A DNA stretch of 64,000 nt. Origin: Flavobacteriaceae bacterium UBA4166. Its GTDB lineage: Bacteria; Bacteroidota; Bacteroidia; Flavobacteriales; Flavobacteriaceae. The translations under genes and the position numbers were made by a program. The notes under the pieces were generated by a model. The model made no database searches. It was not told the origin of the DNA and saw nothing but the letters and a program-made list of their open reading frames with translations. Every line of letters starts with the position of its first letter. Position 1 is the stretch's first letter. Of the stretch, positions 39,126 through 49,648 are shown one piece after another. Location: assembly GCA_002379985.1 (NCBI GenBank), contig DFVG01000010.1:4630-68629 (forward strand), written 5' to 3'.

Positions 39126-39734
39126 GTGAAATCTGTAATTCGATATCGAGATCTCGTAAAAGAGCATCTTCTAAAAGGAATGGCGGAAGGAAGTTTGTCT
39201 GCCGGAGATTTCCTATCATTAGCCCAAATTGCACGTGATCTTGGGATCAGTGTGACGCCAATTCGGGAAGCGCTCACCCAACTCGAACAAGCGCAAATCG
39301 TTTGTTCCGTGCCCAACCGTGGGTTTCAAATTCCAACTTTAAATTCAAGAGAAATACCTCAACTCTACCCCATAGTTGCTGCTTTGGAAGGATTGGCCAT
39401 GGAACAAACAGCGTACGGAAGTGTGATACTCCATCAATTACGCGAAAAGCAGAAAGCCTTCGTTCAATCCCGCACACCCATTGAACGTATTCAATCAGAT
39501 ATGAATTTTCACGATGCCCTCACCCAATATTGTGGCAATGATACTGTGTTACAAATTCTTGACGATCTCAAGGTGCGCATCTTTTTTTACGAATTGGACT
39601 TTATGCGGAAAAACGGCTTCGACACAACTTCCGAAGCACAACACGAAGCCATCATCGCGCATCTGGAACAACAAGAAATTGATAAAGCCATTGCCGTAGT
39701 AAAAGAAAATTGGTTACAAATTTTAAATACCTAA
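39126..39734 (+). CDS. GntR-family transcriptional regulator (FadR/FCD type)
   Basis: wHTH LSLAQIARDLGISVTPIREAL plus a helical FCD-like C-domain. GTG start. Confidence 0.8.
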   Translation: MKSVIRYRDLVKEHLLKGMAEGSLSAGDFLSLAQIARDLGISVTPIREALTQLEQAQIVCSVPNRGFQIPTLNSREIPQLYPIVAALEGLAMEQTAYGSVILHQLREKQKAFVQSRTPIERIQSDMNFHDALTQYCGNDTVLQILDDLKVRIFFYELDFMRKNGFDTTSEAQHEAIIAHLEQQEIDKAIAVVKENWLQILNT

Positions 39735-39736
39735 TC

Positions 39737-40705
39737 ATGAAACAATTGCTGATTACCATCCTCCCGATCTTTTTTTTCTCTTGCGCCGTTCAAGAATCCA
39801 CGAGTACTTCTTCACATATTTCTGAAACCGTGATTCGAACACCGCAGGTGTTTTTACCCGGACTTGTTTCCGAAGAAGAATCAACTCAATTCGATCTGGT
39901 CTTTGCTCCCGATAATCGAACGATTTATTTTACGCGTCGGAAAGGTGAAGAAAAACAGCGAATTTACACGGCTAGCTACTCCGAGGAACAAGGTTGGTCT
40001 ACGCCGGAACTCACTTCTTTTTCTACCGATCGCGATGAATATCCGAATCTTACTCCGGATGGAAATACCTTGTACTTCGGGAGCGAACGTCCAATTGAAG
40101 GAAGACCTAATTTAGGAAATTTTGATACCAATGTCTGGATGAACACAAAGAGTAACGAAGGATGGAGCACTCCCACTCCCCTTTCGCCCACAATCAATTA
40201 TGTGCAAGCCGAAGGTGAGCAATGGCCCGTAAGCAATGAAAACCATTTTCACACGGTTGACGGTGAAACGTTTTATCTCTGTACTCAGCGGCCCGGAACG
40301 GCAGGTATTGATCTCTACCAAACCACTAAAACCACATCAGGCTTTACGGAACCTCAAAAATTACCGGCCACTATCAATACTGAAAAATACTGGGAATATG
40401 CGCCGAAACTTTCACCTGATGGCAACTATTTATTTTTCCAATCCTACGGCCGACCCGACACTCAAGGGGGTGACGATATTTATGTAAGTAAGCGCGGAGT
40501 AGACGGACAATGGCAACAAGCACTCCCTTTAGGACCGATGATCAACACAGGACAGAACGAATGTCCTACCGGTATCACTTGGGACGGCAACTTCTTTTTC
40601 TTTACACGCGATGAACCGTCACCGGAAGGCGATTACGGCGGAATTTCAAAAATCTATGTCATTTCCATGGAGGCTTTACAACTGGAAACTTTATTTGAGG
40701 AATAA
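39737..40705 (+). CDS. lipoprotein with TolB-like PD40/WD40-like beta-propeller repeats
   Basis: Lipobox FFFSCA. Repeated 'E..P.lspDG..lyF' units (EYPNLTPDGNTLYFGS, EYAPKLSPDGNYLFFQS). Confidence 0.65.
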   Translation: MKQLLITILPIFFFSCAVQESTSTSSHISETVIRTPQVFLPGLVSEEESTQFDLVFAPDNRTIYFTRRKGEEKQRIYTASYSEEQGWSTPELTSFSTDRDEYPNLTPDGNTLYFGSERPIEGRPNLGNFDTNVWMNTKSNEGWSTPTPLSPTINYVQAEGEQWPVSNENHFHTVDGETFYLCTQRPGTAGIDLYQTTKTTSGFTEPQKLPATINTEKYWEYAPKLSPDGNYLFFQSYGRPDTQGGDDIYVSKRGVDGQWQQALPLGPMINTGQNECPTGITWDGNFFFFTRDEPSPEGDYGGISKIYVISMEALQLETLFEE

Positions 40706-40707
40706 AA

Positions 40708-40747
40708 ATTCCCTTCAGCAAATACTGAAGGGAATATGATTTTTTAT
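40708..40747 (+). terminator. rho-independent terminator
   Basis: 11-bp stem attcccttcag / ctgaagggaat, with a T-run shortly after. Confidence 0.6.
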
Positions 40748-40903
40748 AATGAAAAAGGTTTTATGCTTGTGACAGCGCATAAGCCCTCTAAAGTATGTAG
40801 AATTCGTTCATTAGGATTCTTAAAAAATTGCCCTTCTTAAAATTCTTATAAATAATTGTTGGAGGAGCTTTGGTAGTTTAATTTTATAGAAAACAACGCA
40901 CCT

Positions 40904-41029
40904 ATGAAAAAACTACTTCGTGCTATTATTGCATTTTGGGCTGCTCGTAAATTAGGAGGCTCACTTGGTTGTCTTGGAACCATTATCCTCTTTTTTGTAA
41001 TCTTTTGGCTGTTAGGCTGGATCTTTTAA
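40904..41029 (+). CDS. possible 41-aa membrane peptide
   Basis: MKKLLRAIIAFWAARKLGGSLGCLGTIILFFVIFWLLGWIF*. Supported only by being an open frame with hydrophobic character. Confidence 0.2.
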   Translation: MKKLLRAIIAFWAARKLGGSLGCLGTIILFFVIFWLLGWIF

Positions 41030-41030
41030 T

Positions 41031-42302
41031 CTAGCTATCGCTCGCTTCATGCGCTTCAAGATCTTTTCTCAAGTCTAATTTTCGAAGCTTCGGAAGGGCT
41101 AGGCCCGTACTTACCACGGTGATCAATGTCATGGTTCCACCAAATACCACGGCGGTCACTGTACCCATCAGCTTTGCTGTGAGTCCGCTTTCAAACGCCC
41201 CCAATTCATTCGACGACCCTACGAACATCGAATTTACCGATGCGACTCTTCCACGCATCGAATCGGGTGTACGCAGTTGTAGGATGGTTTGACGAATGAT
41301 CATTGAAATACCATCGGTCAAGCCACTGAAGAACAAGGCCACAACCGACAACCAAAAGGAAGTTGAAATTCCGAAGATAATAATACAAATTCCGAAGCCA
41401 AAGATCGCTGTCAACAATTTCATGCCGGCATGTTTGTTCAGCGGAAAATACGCCGAAGTAAACATCATCACCAGTGCTCCAACGGCCGGTGCGGCGCGCA
41501 ACACGCCAAAGCCTTCAGGCCCTACTTTTAAAATATCTTGTGCGTAGACCGGAAGCAGCGCAACGGCGCCTCCAAAAAGTACAGCAATCATATCCAGCGT
41601 AATGGCTCCTAAGATCACTTTCGTTTTTCGAACAAAGCGGATGCCTTCTTTCAAACTTTGCCAAACCGGTTCCCCTAGTTTTGGGTTTAAGATGGGTTTC
41701 TTCGGAATTCGCAGTAATACCAATAAAGCAGTGAGGGAACAGCCGAAAATAGCAAACATAGAACCGTGCACCCCGATCCAGTGAATAGAAAACCCGGCTA
41801 CGGCAGGCCCTACAACCGCACCCATTTGCCACACCGAACTACTCCACGTCGCGGCATTGGGATATACTTTCTTCGGAACCAATAAAGAGAATAGTGAAAA
41901 AATGGTGGGGCCTAAAAAGGCGCGAACTACACCTCCTAAAAAAACTAGAATATAAATGATAATCAACTTGGTTTTTGAAACCAATTCGCCCACTACTTCC
42001 GGCCAGGTGATCAAAAACAATCCTAAGCTCACCACCGAAAAACCAAAGATGCAGGTGACTAGCAAATTGCGCTTTTCACGTTGATCAACGATGTGCCCCG
42101 CAAACAACGCCAACGAGACTGCTGGCACCACCTCCATGAGTCCGATGATACCTAATGAAAGCGGATTTTTAGTAATACTATACACTTCCCATTCGATGAC
42201 CACAAACTGCATGGACCAAGCGAAGACCATCGCAAAACGAACCAATAGAAATAGGTTGAATTCTTTGAAACGGAGCGCCGCATAGGGATCGTTTTTCGCC
42301 AT
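41031..42302 (-). CDS. MFS transporter
   Basis: About 12 TM helices and an MFS-type GHIVDQREKR loop motif. Confidence 0.85.
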   Translation of the reverse strand: MAKNDPYAALRFKEFNLFLLVRFAMVFAWSMQFVVIEWEVYSITKNPLSLGIIGLMEVVPAVSLALFAGHIVDQREKRNLLVTCIFGFSVVSLGLFLITWPEVVGELVSKTKLIIIYILVFLGGVVRAFLGPTIFSLFSLLVPKKVYPNAATWSSSVWQMGAVVGPAVAGFSIHWIGVHGSMFAIFGCSLTALLVLLRIPKKPILNPKLGEPVWQSLKEGIRFVRKTKVILGAITLDMIAVLFGGAVALLPVYAQDILKVGPEGFGVLRAAPAVGALVMMFTSAYFPLNKHAGMKLLTAIFGFGICIIIFGISTSFWLSVVALFFSGLTDGISMIIRQTILQLRTPDSMRGRVASVNSMFVGSSNELGAFESGLTAKLMGTVTAVVFGGTMTLITVVSTGLALPKLRKLDLRKDLEAHEASDS

Positions 42303-42335
42303 ACCTCAAAGGTAAAACTGAAATCTGATACGATA

Positions 42336-44006
42336 CTAACGAACGATGATTTTTTTATGAAGAACGTTTTTACCTACTTGTACGCGCACAAAATAGAATC
42401 CGCTTATGGGGGTCTGAATTTCTGACCACAACAACTTTTTTTGCTGCATGACTGTTGATGGTAATAAAGTTTGTACCACACGCCCTTGCATGTCGACCAA
42501 TGTAATAGTTGTTTGCTGAGCTGAAGGCAGCTTAATGTCGATCACTGTTTCAGATGTAGTTGGATTTGGATAGATGCTAACGGCTTCCGTAAGGGCAATA
42601 TCATTAATTCCGAAGGATTCAGGCTCGATAAAGGTATAATACACATCTTGCCCGCCATTCAGTGTGTTGGCCCATGCCAGATGCGCCCCAGCATTAGTAC
42701 TTTTCATATCAAAATAGTCGCCCATCTTACTTTGATTGGGATAACCGATTGTAGGATCAAAAGCATCTGAAAGCACCATTTCTGGCTCCCAAGTAGTTCC
42801 CTGATCGTCTGAAAACGTATAATACAATACAGAGTCAACGGTTCCTGAAGGCGCATCTCTTGTATCCAACCACACCACATCAATTCGACCGTTTGGTGCT
42901 ACAGCCATGGTGCCCATCCATTGAAAAGCATCGTTGCCAATATCGGTATTCAAACGGATCGCAGGCTCGAAAGTGAGTCCGCCATCGGTACTTCTAGAAA
43001 ACATCACATCTGCTGGATCACCGTTGGTTCTTTCTACTGAGGCCAATACATACACATTGCCCGCTCCGGGACCACTCGAAATATCAATATCTACCCAAGC
43101 TTGCCCCAGCAAACCAACGGGATTCACCGCTACTCCGGCATTCAAAAAACCTTCAAGGTCCACTTCCGAAGGAGTTTCCCAAACAATACTGCTTCCGGCA
43201 TTCTGTGCATTTAAGGAGCGAACTACGATGACACCGGTACTACCTCCTACTCCCACAAGGTATAACACACCGTCATTGTCCACGGCCAGTGTTCCCCAGA
43301 ATGGGTCACCTGCCACCGCTATGCAGTCTTCAAAAGTTTCACTACCATCAGTAGAACGCGTAAAGTTTCCCGGCGGACAGGTAGTAAAGCTGGAATTCCA
43401 ATACGAATAATTAAAGCCATCACTGCTGCCACCACTTCTATCGATGCGCATCCATTGTTTATCTCCGCCTTTGGCAGGAACCGGAGCTTCCCAAACCACG
43501 CCACCATCAGTAATTTCAAACACATCACATTCAAAACTGTCTTGCAAACTGTTATAGTAAAAATTTCCGTCGAGATCAAAATCTAAGACCGGATCACTTC
43601 TAAAAACTCCCGGATCTAACACCCCCGGAAAGGTAAAAGAAGCACCTCCGTCTAGAGAAAAGCCGTAACCCGCTTGTCTAAAATTACTGGCAATAGCATC
43701 AAATTGTCGCCAACCGATAACCATGCGATCGTTATTGGTAGGATCAACGGCGATACTAGGTTCGTTCGCGGCATCTCCAATAATATCCATTCCGCTTCCA
43801 TCAACATTCACTTGGGTAGTAAAAAAAGTAGTAGCCCTCTGTTGATAGGCAGGTTGTCGTTGCATCGTATCTTTATTGACGGGAACATAAGGATCGTCTG
43901 CCGTTTCATGATACTTTTCCTTAAGTTCTTGCCATTGATTTTCTTGAGCCAAGAGCCAATGAGGAGCACATAAAAGAACGATAAAAAGGAGATAGAAAGT
44001 TTTCAT
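42336..44006 (-). CDS. secreted Asp-box (sialidase-fold-like) protein with T9SS type A C-terminal sorting domain
   Basis: Asp boxes (SLDGGASF, STDGSETFE, STDGGLTFE, SDDQGTTWE). C-terminal VSIYPNPTTSE...GFYFVRVQVGKNVLHKKIIVR is a Por-secretion tail. Confidence 0.75.
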   Translation of the reverse strand: MKTFYLLFIVLLCAPHWLLAQENQWQELKEKYHETADDPYVPVNKDTMQRQPAYQQRATTFFTTQVNVDGSGMDIIGDAANEPSIAVDPTNNDRMVIGWRQFDAIASNFRQAGYGFSLDGGASFTFPGVLDPGVFRSDPVLDFDLDGNFYYNSLQDSFECDVFEITDGGVVWEAPVPAKGGDKQWMRIDRSGGSSDGFNYSYWNSSFTTCPPGNFTRSTDGSETFEDCIAVAGDPFWGTLAVDNDGVLYLVGVGGSTGVIVVRSLNAQNAGSSIVWETPSEVDLEGFLNAGVAVNPVGLLGQAWVDIDISSGPGAGNVYVLASVERTNGDPADVMFSRSTDGGLTFEPAIRLNTDIGNDAFQWMGTMAVAPNGRIDVVWLDTRDAPSGTVDSVLYYTFSDDQGTTWEPEMVLSDAFDPTIGYPNQSKMGDYFDMKSTNAGAHLAWANTLNGGQDVYYTFIEPESFGINDIALTEAVSIYPNPTTSETVIDIKLPSAQQTTITLVDMQGRVVQTLLPSTVMQQKKLLWSEIQTPISGFYFVRVQVGKNVLHKKIIVR

Positions 44007-44156
44007 AGCAAATGTTTATTGAATTAAGATACAACAATTTAGGAAAAGAATAGTGCCCAACCAATACCGCAACACAATGGATGTTCTCTAAAATTAGTAA
44101 GTTTATAAAATGATTTATTGCTATTTCTTATGAGTACTCTTTCTTAAAAACCTTTT

Positions 44157-45482
44157 ATGAAACCAACCACACTTCTTCTTTTTGCGTTCCTATCGATAGG
44201 ACTTGTTTCTTGTAACCAAAATAAAACTTCTGAAAAGAAAACTATGTCTGAAACCGAATTGATCGCCAAAGCGAAAGCGATCCATCAAAACGTCATCACA
44301 CTGGATACGCATTGCGATATCAACGTGAATAATTTTACCGATTCCATCAACTATACGCAAGATTTGGATACGCAGATCACGCTTCCTAAAATGAAGGCCG
44401 GCGGACTCGATGTGGCGTGGTTTATTGTTTATACAGGTCAGGATAGTTTAAATGCTTCCGGTTATGAGAAGGCCTATGCCAATGCCATTGCGAAGTTCGA
44501 TGCGATACACCGCCTCACCAAAGAGATTGCTCCCAATGATATTGCGCTGGCACTAAATAGTGAAGAAGTACGGCGTATTCATTCCGAAGGAAAAAAAGTA
44601 GCGATGATCGGGATCGAGAACGGATATCCGGTAGGAGAAGACTTAAGTCGGGTAGAAGAATTTTACAATCTTGGCGGGCGCTATATGTCGTTGGCTCACA
44701 ACGGCCATAGCCAGTTGAGTGATAGCAATACAGGCGAAGAAAATGATGAGTGGTTGCATAACGGACTCAGTGATTTGGGGCAACAAGTGATTGTTGAAAT
44801 GAATCGATTGGGGATGATGATCGACGTGTCGCATCCTAGCAAGAAAGCGATGAAAGACATGATCGAACTTTCTAAAGCGCCCATCATCGCCTCGCATTCT
44901 TCGGCAAGAGCACTCTGTAATCACAGCAGAAATCTGGACGATGAGCAATTAGAATGGCTTAAAGAAAACGGCGGCGTGGTGCAAACGGTGGCGTTTCAGA
45001 GTTATTTGAACAAAGAAAAGGATGATGCCAGAACCGAAGTAGAAATAGAAGTCGCTAAGCAAGTTGCTGATTCTTTAGGGATGGAATGGTTAGAACGAGA
45101 GCAAGTGATGGCGTTACCTACCCTAGAACGGCGTGCTTATTTTGAACAATACCGAAAGTTAATTCCGCTTCGCGATAAAAAACTTGAGAAACTTCCCGAA
45201 CTACCGCCGGAAGTGGATGTAAAAGATTTTGTGGATCACATCGATTATCTCGTGGAAAAGATCGGGATCGATCATGTTGGGATTAGTTCTGATTTTGATG
45301 GCGGAGGCGGAATCAAAGGATGGAGTGATGCTTCGGAAACCTTTAATGTGACGCTGGAACTGGTTCGCCGTGGCTATACGGAAGCCGAAATTGAAAAGCT
45401 TTGGAGTGGAAATTTGTTGCGCGTAATGGATGAAGTGCAAGCGGTAGCACAAAAAATCCAATCGGAAGCAACCTCTTCTTAG
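44157..45482 (+). CDS. membrane dipeptidase (peptidase M19) lipoprotein
   Basis: DTHCD, LAHNGHSQLSD, DVSH and HSSARAL motifs. Lipobox LVSC. Confidence 0.9.
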   Translation: MKPTTLLLFAFLSIGLVSCNQNKTSEKKTMSETELIAKAKAIHQNVITLDTHCDINVNNFTDSINYTQDLDTQITLPKMKAGGLDVAWFIVYTGQDSLNASGYEKAYANAIAKFDAIHRLTKEIAPNDIALALNSEEVRRIHSEGKKVAMIGIENGYPVGEDLSRVEEFYNLGGRYMSLAHNGHSQLSDSNTGEENDEWLHNGLSDLGQQVIVEMNRLGMMIDVSHPSKKAMKDMIELSKAPIIASHSSARALCNHSRNLDDEQLEWLKENGGVVQTVAFQSYLNKEKDDARTEVEIEVAKQVADSLGMEWLEREQVMALPTLERRAYFEQYRKLIPLRDKKLEKLPELPPEVDVKDFVDHIDYLVEKIGIDHVGISSDFDGGGGIKGWSDASETFNVTLELVRRGYTEAEIEKLWSGNLLRVMDEVQAVAQKIQSEATSS

Positions 45483-46061
45483 ATGACGGAAACCTCCCAC
45501 CAACATTTCAAACTCTACAAACCCTCAGGGGTAATAAGTCAGTTTGTGAGTCAGCAGAAAAAAGCACACAAAAAGCAATTTCTCGGGAGTTTGTACCCCT
45601 TTCCAAAAGATACCATGTCTATTGGTCGCTTGGACGAAAAGAGTGAAGGTTTGTTGCTGTTAACTACAGATGGTACTGTGAGTTACGCCATTAATAATGG
45701 TCCTTTCGAAAAAGAATACTGGGCACAGGTTTCAGGATTGATCACCTCTGAAGCCATAAAAGAACTGGAGCAAGGGGTGGAAATTGGGATCCATGGCAAG
45801 AAGTATATGACCAAGCAGTGTACCGCAAAAAAATTAGACACCCCTACCCTTCCTGAAGCCCAACACAAATTGCCCGATGACCGGCATGGCCCCACCTCCT
45901 GGGTAGCTATTAACCTAACGGAAGGAAAGTTTCGCCAAGTACGAAAGATGACCGCGGCAGTTGGATTTCCAACACTTCGTTTGGTTCGCGTGCGTATTGG
46001 ATCACATGTTCTTGGTAACTTGCAACCGGGGGAGGCAGTAGCAGTTCCGAAGCTCGTGTAG
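45483..46061 (+). CDS. pseudouridine synthase (RsuA/RluE family, no S4 domain)
   Basis: Catalytic GRLDEKSEGLLLLTTDG and the KFRQVRKM motif. Confidence 0.85.
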   Translation: MTETSHQHFKLYKPSGVISQFVSQQKKAHKKQFLGSLYPFPKDTMSIGRLDEKSEGLLLLTTDGTVSYAINNGPFEKEYWAQVSGLITSEAIKELEQGVEIGIHGKKYMTKQCTAKKLDTPTLPEAQHKLPDDRHGPTSWVAINLTEGKFRQVRKMTAAVGFPTLRLVRVRIGSHVLGNLQPGEAVAVPKLV

Positions 46062-46113
46062 CGGGATGGCACTACTTTTGAGACTCGTAAAAAGAACCAA
46101 ATTCTTTTTAATT

Positions 46114-46677
46114 ATGAGAGCTTCAAGAAACACTCCCAAGATACAAGCCGGAAGCATGGCTGATATCGCCTTTCTATTACTTATCTTTTTTTTAGTCACC
46201 GCGTATATCCCAAACGATCAAGGCATCCTTCGAAAATTGCCCGCACCGTGCACCTCTGGCGATTGTATGGTAGAAGTGAAAGAACGAAACGTAGTACGCC
46301 TACTGCTCAATGAATCTGGGGAAGTATTGGTGAATGATGAAAAAGTAGCTCTTTCTGAATTATCAGAACAGTTACAGCAATTTGTGGACAATAACGGTGA
46401 AGGAGCATGTTCCTATTGTCATGGGTTGAAGTCTGAGAAAGCTTCTGAACACCCAAAAAACGCGGTGATATCGCTGCAAAGCAGTAGTAAAACACCGTAC
46501 GAAAAGTACATCGCCGTTCAAAATGAATTAACAAGGGCGTACGAAGCATTACGCACCAAGTATGTGTTAGAAGTATTGAAAACGACACCCGAAAAAGTAA
46601 CCCCCGAACAACTTTTGGAGGTTAGAAATGCTTATCCGTTTCAGTTATCAGAGGCAACGCTAAGAAACCCAAACTAG
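46114..46677 (+). CDS. ExbD/TolR-family biopolymer transport protein with extended C-terminus
   Basis: N-terminal SMADIAFLLLIFFLV TM anchor typical of ExbD. ATG at 46114. Confidence 0.65.
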   Translation: MRASRNTPKIQAGSMADIAFLLLIFFLVTAYIPNDQGILRKLPAPCTSGDCMVEVKERNVVRLLLNESGEVLVNDEKVALSELSEQLQQFVDNNGEGACSYCHGLKSEKASEHPKNAVISLQSSSKTPYEKYIAVQNELTRAYEALRTKYVLEVLKTTPEKVTPEQLLEVRNAYPFQLSEATLRNPN

Positions 46678-48161
46678 CGAGCCGTTTCGAAATAACTATC
46701 TAAGAATGCAAAACGATCTGTGATCCATTGGGTGAGATATGTCTTGTTCTCTTCGGTAAAGGTGTTTTCCCAAATCAGGGCTTCACGCGCATAGACGTGT
46801 TCTTTTTGAAATTGTTCGTACTGCTCATTGATTTGTTGCAGTACCGCTTCGGTGGCGTACAATTTCTTGCGAAGTTCAAACCAACGTTGTGCTACTTTCT
46901 GCCTGTAATTATTTGGATTTTCATCCCAAAGTCTTTTGAAAAGGCCATTATCTAAGATATCATCAGTCGTTGGAATTCGTTTTCCGGCTTGGATCACTCC
47001 AAAGCTTCCGTCTACATCCCAGGGAATGAATAGATAGGGTTCGTCGTTATCATACCTTCCGAAGTAAAAATTCTTTCCCAAATTATCTGTGGCGCGAATA
47101 GCATTCACAAAAAGAAAGTAATCAATTGCATTCTCTACATCCAACCATTGCTCCACATTCTGTGCGAAATCGGATTTGGAAGATGAGGTCACAAAGGTCA
47201 TAAAAGCATGAAGATTGTCATAAAAAGCCACATAATCTTCATAGGGATATTCCATCTCAAAGCCTGCCCAAGTGGGCAATGCATTTTTAAAGTCGGGTGC
47301 CGCCATAAACTTGGTACCATCCGCATAATAACCCGCCTTAAAGAGTTCACCTCGTACGGTGTCACCCTCCTTCTTTTTGAGCTTCATCAATTTACGGTCT
47401 ACCTGTTCTCCTAGATAATAAATACCTCGATAGGTTCCGTTCACAAAAAGATCCACATAAAAACCTTCCGGACCCGACTTCCCTTTGCGGCTGTACGTCC
47501 ATGGGCGTTGCTCCTGCCATAGGGCTAAGGCCGTTTTTGCTCGCAACCGAAGAGATTCATTGTACATCCCATCCAGCACATAATCATCATCTTCCCTGAG
47601 ATTCTTTAGCAGGACGTCTTCCGTATCTGTAGAATCTACATGCTCTTGAAATTCGATATCAAAGTTCTTCTTCGGAAACTGTAAAGAGATATTTCCGCGT
47701 AAACGCATCGTGATGGGCTGGGTAAAAGTGGTATCTGAATCGTAGTAGGAAAATCGCGCCGGAACCCTTGGGTGCTTTTTTAACGTATCTGCTTCATAGG
47801 AGATTTGCACAACGGGATAGGTGGTGGTAAATAATTGATATTCTTTACCATTTGATTGAAGTGATACCTTGTTTTTGGGATCAATGCTTCCTTCTTTTGT
47901 ATTTTGAAAAGCGGCGTCAAAGCGCAACACTTTCGGACGAATCCCCATTCGTTCCGCGGAAGGATTCCAGACAATAAGTTGGTTTTTGTGATCTATTCCG
48001 AAGGAATTATCTACGGCAGCAACCTCTTCCTGAGCACAGGAGATAAAGGGCATTCCAATGATAATTCCTAACAGATAAACAGTATAGATTGTTTTCAAAG
48101 CGCTTGTTGTTTTTCCTTCGGAAAAATACACAAATTGCCTCCTTCCTTTCCTTAAAACCAT
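46674..48161 (-). CDS. CotH kinase-family protein
   Basis: KKNFDIEF, LRLRAKTALALW and DNLGKNFYFGRYD...FIPWDVDGSFG motifs. Confidence 0.8.
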   Translation of the reverse strand: MVLRKGRRQFVYFSEGKTTSALKTIYTVYLLGIIIGMPFISCAQEEVAAVDNSFGIDHKNQLIVWNPSAERMGIRPKVLRFDAAFQNTKEGSIDPKNKVSLQSNGKEYQLFTTTYPVVQISYEADTLKKHPRVPARFSYYDSDTTFTQPITMRLRGNISLQFPKKNFDIEFQEHVDSTDTEDVLLKNLREDDDYVLDGMYNESLRLRAKTALALWQEQRPWTYSRKGKSGPEGFYVDLFVNGTYRGIYYLGEQVDRKLMKLKKKEGDTVRGELFKAGYYADGTKFMAAPDFKNALPTWAGFEMEYPYEDYVAFYDNLHAFMTFVTSSSKSDFAQNVEQWLDVENAIDYFLFVNAIRATDNLGKNFYFGRYDNDEPYLFIPWDVDGSFGVIQAGKRIPTTDDILDNGLFKRLWDENPNNYRQKVAQRWFELRKKLYATEAVLQQINEQYEQFQKEHVYAREALIWENTFTEENKTYLTQWITDRFAFLDSYFETAR

Positions 48162-48185
48162 GTTATAATTTTGAAGGAAAGAGGT

Positions 48186-48386
48186 TTAATCCTTGGTTTC
48201 TAAGCTGAAAAAATCATTTACAGGTTTACCGAAAACCTCTGAAAGTTTTAATGCCAATACGGTAGAAGGTACATACCGACTCGCTTCTATTGAATGTATG
48301 GTCTGACGGGACACCCCGATACGTTCGGCCAGTTCTTGTTGTGTTAGATTGAGAATGGCGCGTTCTACTTTTAACGTATTCTTCAT
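48186..48386 (-). CDS. XRE-family HTH transcriptional regulator (YozG-like)
   Basis: LTQQELAERIGVSRQTIHSIEASRYVPS. ATGA overlap with the upstream membrane gene. Confidence 0.85.
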   Translation of the reverse strand: MKNTLKVERAILNLTQQELAERIGVSRQTIHSIEASRYVPSTVLALKLSEVFGKPVNDFFSLETKD

Positions 48387-48832
48387 ACAGTACATTTTTT
48401 TACCATCATGCGAAAGAACAAGAGTTGCACCAATAGCATAAAGGCAAGCACTTGAAAATAACTAACATCCAAAACGGCGTCGCCGGAATCAACCACCAAG
48501 GCGACTACATAATCAATATAGGGTTGTATGAGCGCGTAGACGACCCCTAAGACAAAAGCGATTGCGTAGGATTGTGCGCGTAGTGCCCCCATCATTTCAT
48601 CCTCTACCCTTTCCTTCGAGACTGAGATCATTAGGAGTCCGATTAACAAAAAGTTTCGCAATAAATTTCGGAGCCAGAAAGGTTCCGCCTCTGTAAACTT
48701 TAGCGCAAACATGGTCGCAAGGACGACTAAGAATAATGCGAGTCCGATTCGTTTAAAATAATGCGGCAATTGAAAGTTTCGCAATCGTTGAAACGCCTTT
48801 CGATCCCACTCAATAATTTTTTTAATTGTCAT
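48383..48832 (-). CDS. 4-TM membrane protein partnered with the XRE regulator
   Basis: Hydrophobic segments. Start at MTIKK (ATG 48830-32). Co-oriented and overlapping with the HTH gene. Confidence 0.5.
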   Translation of the reverse strand: MTIKKIIEWDRKAFQRLRNFQLPHYFKRIGLALFLVVLATMFALKFTEAEPFWLRNLLRNFLLIGLLMISVSKERVEDEMMGALRAQSYAIAFVLGVVYALIQPYIDYVVALVVDSGDAVLDVSYFQVLAFMLLVQLLFFRMMVKKCTV

Positions 48833-48938
48833 CTGAAACAGTTTAGTTTGTTTTACAATATGACAAATATACATATATTTTTGTAAAACACACTTTACAT
48901 TTGTGAAAAACTTAAATGTTGACCGGGGCGTCTCTTGT

Positions 48939-49595
48939 TTATTCCTTAATTACGGTGATATTCGCTTTATAGCCGGTGAGCAGATTCCATCCTTTGGCAG
49001 AAATGATACGACCCTCTTCGTCATAAACGTGGAGCTCGGCAGTATTGGGACCCGAATCGCCTTGGTTCAGGGCTTGAAAACTGATGATATTAGGGCCATC
49101 GTCTAAACTAATCGTAATGCCTTGAAAACTTGCCGTTAGGGAGATGTCTGATTGTACAATATCTTCGTTGACGTACACGCGAATTCGGTCTCCATCCACA
49201 TACTGATGATCGCGAAACATCACCCGAACAAATCCGGTTTTGGTTCTCACCTCTCCCAAGACTTGATCTCGCGCCATAGTTTCTTCTTCTTTTTTCTTTT
49301 CTTCGAAGAATTTAGGTCCTTTTGCCATGGGCGTGTCTAAAAGACCATCATCTTGATTCATCTCAAAAGGCTTTTCTTCCTCTTTCCCTAAATCAGAATC
49401 GGTATTAAAATTATACTTTTTATTCTCTAGGTTTGAAATGTTGGGTTGTTTGATAGCGGGCAACTCCAACCCTGTAGGATCATTAGCATTATTATCAACC
49501 GCTTCAAAACGAACCGTGTTATTTCCGGTTTCGATTTGCGCGGTAGCGCTGGTCGTTAGAAGCACGATGCTAAAAAATAGAAAGAAAATTTTCAT
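48939..49595 (-). CDS. secreted hypothetical protein
   Basis: Signal peptide MKIFFLFFSIVLLTTSATAQ. No recognised family. Confidence 0.45.
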   Translation of the reverse strand: MKIFFLFFSIVLLTTSATAQIETGNNTVRFEAVDNNANDPTGLELPAIKQPNISNLENKKYNFNTDSDLGKEEEKPFEMNQDDGLLDTPMAKGPKFFEEKKKEEETMARDQVLGEVRTKTGFVRVMFRDHQYVDGDRIRVYVNEDIVQSDISLTASFQGITISLDDGPNIISFQALNQGDSGPNTAELHVYDEEGRIISAKGWNLLTGYKANITVIKE

Positions 49596-49648
49596 AACAC
49601 TCAATTTCCATATTCATGTGTCAAAATTCGAGCCAAAAATAACGAATT

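Noticed and set aside
42934-43973. Plus-strand ORFs (158 and 99 aa) opposite the T9SS-sorted Asp-box protein.
   Set aside because: They are shadow ORFs with Pro/Ser/Thr-rich composition, and the minus-strand gene has clear motifs and a sorting domain.
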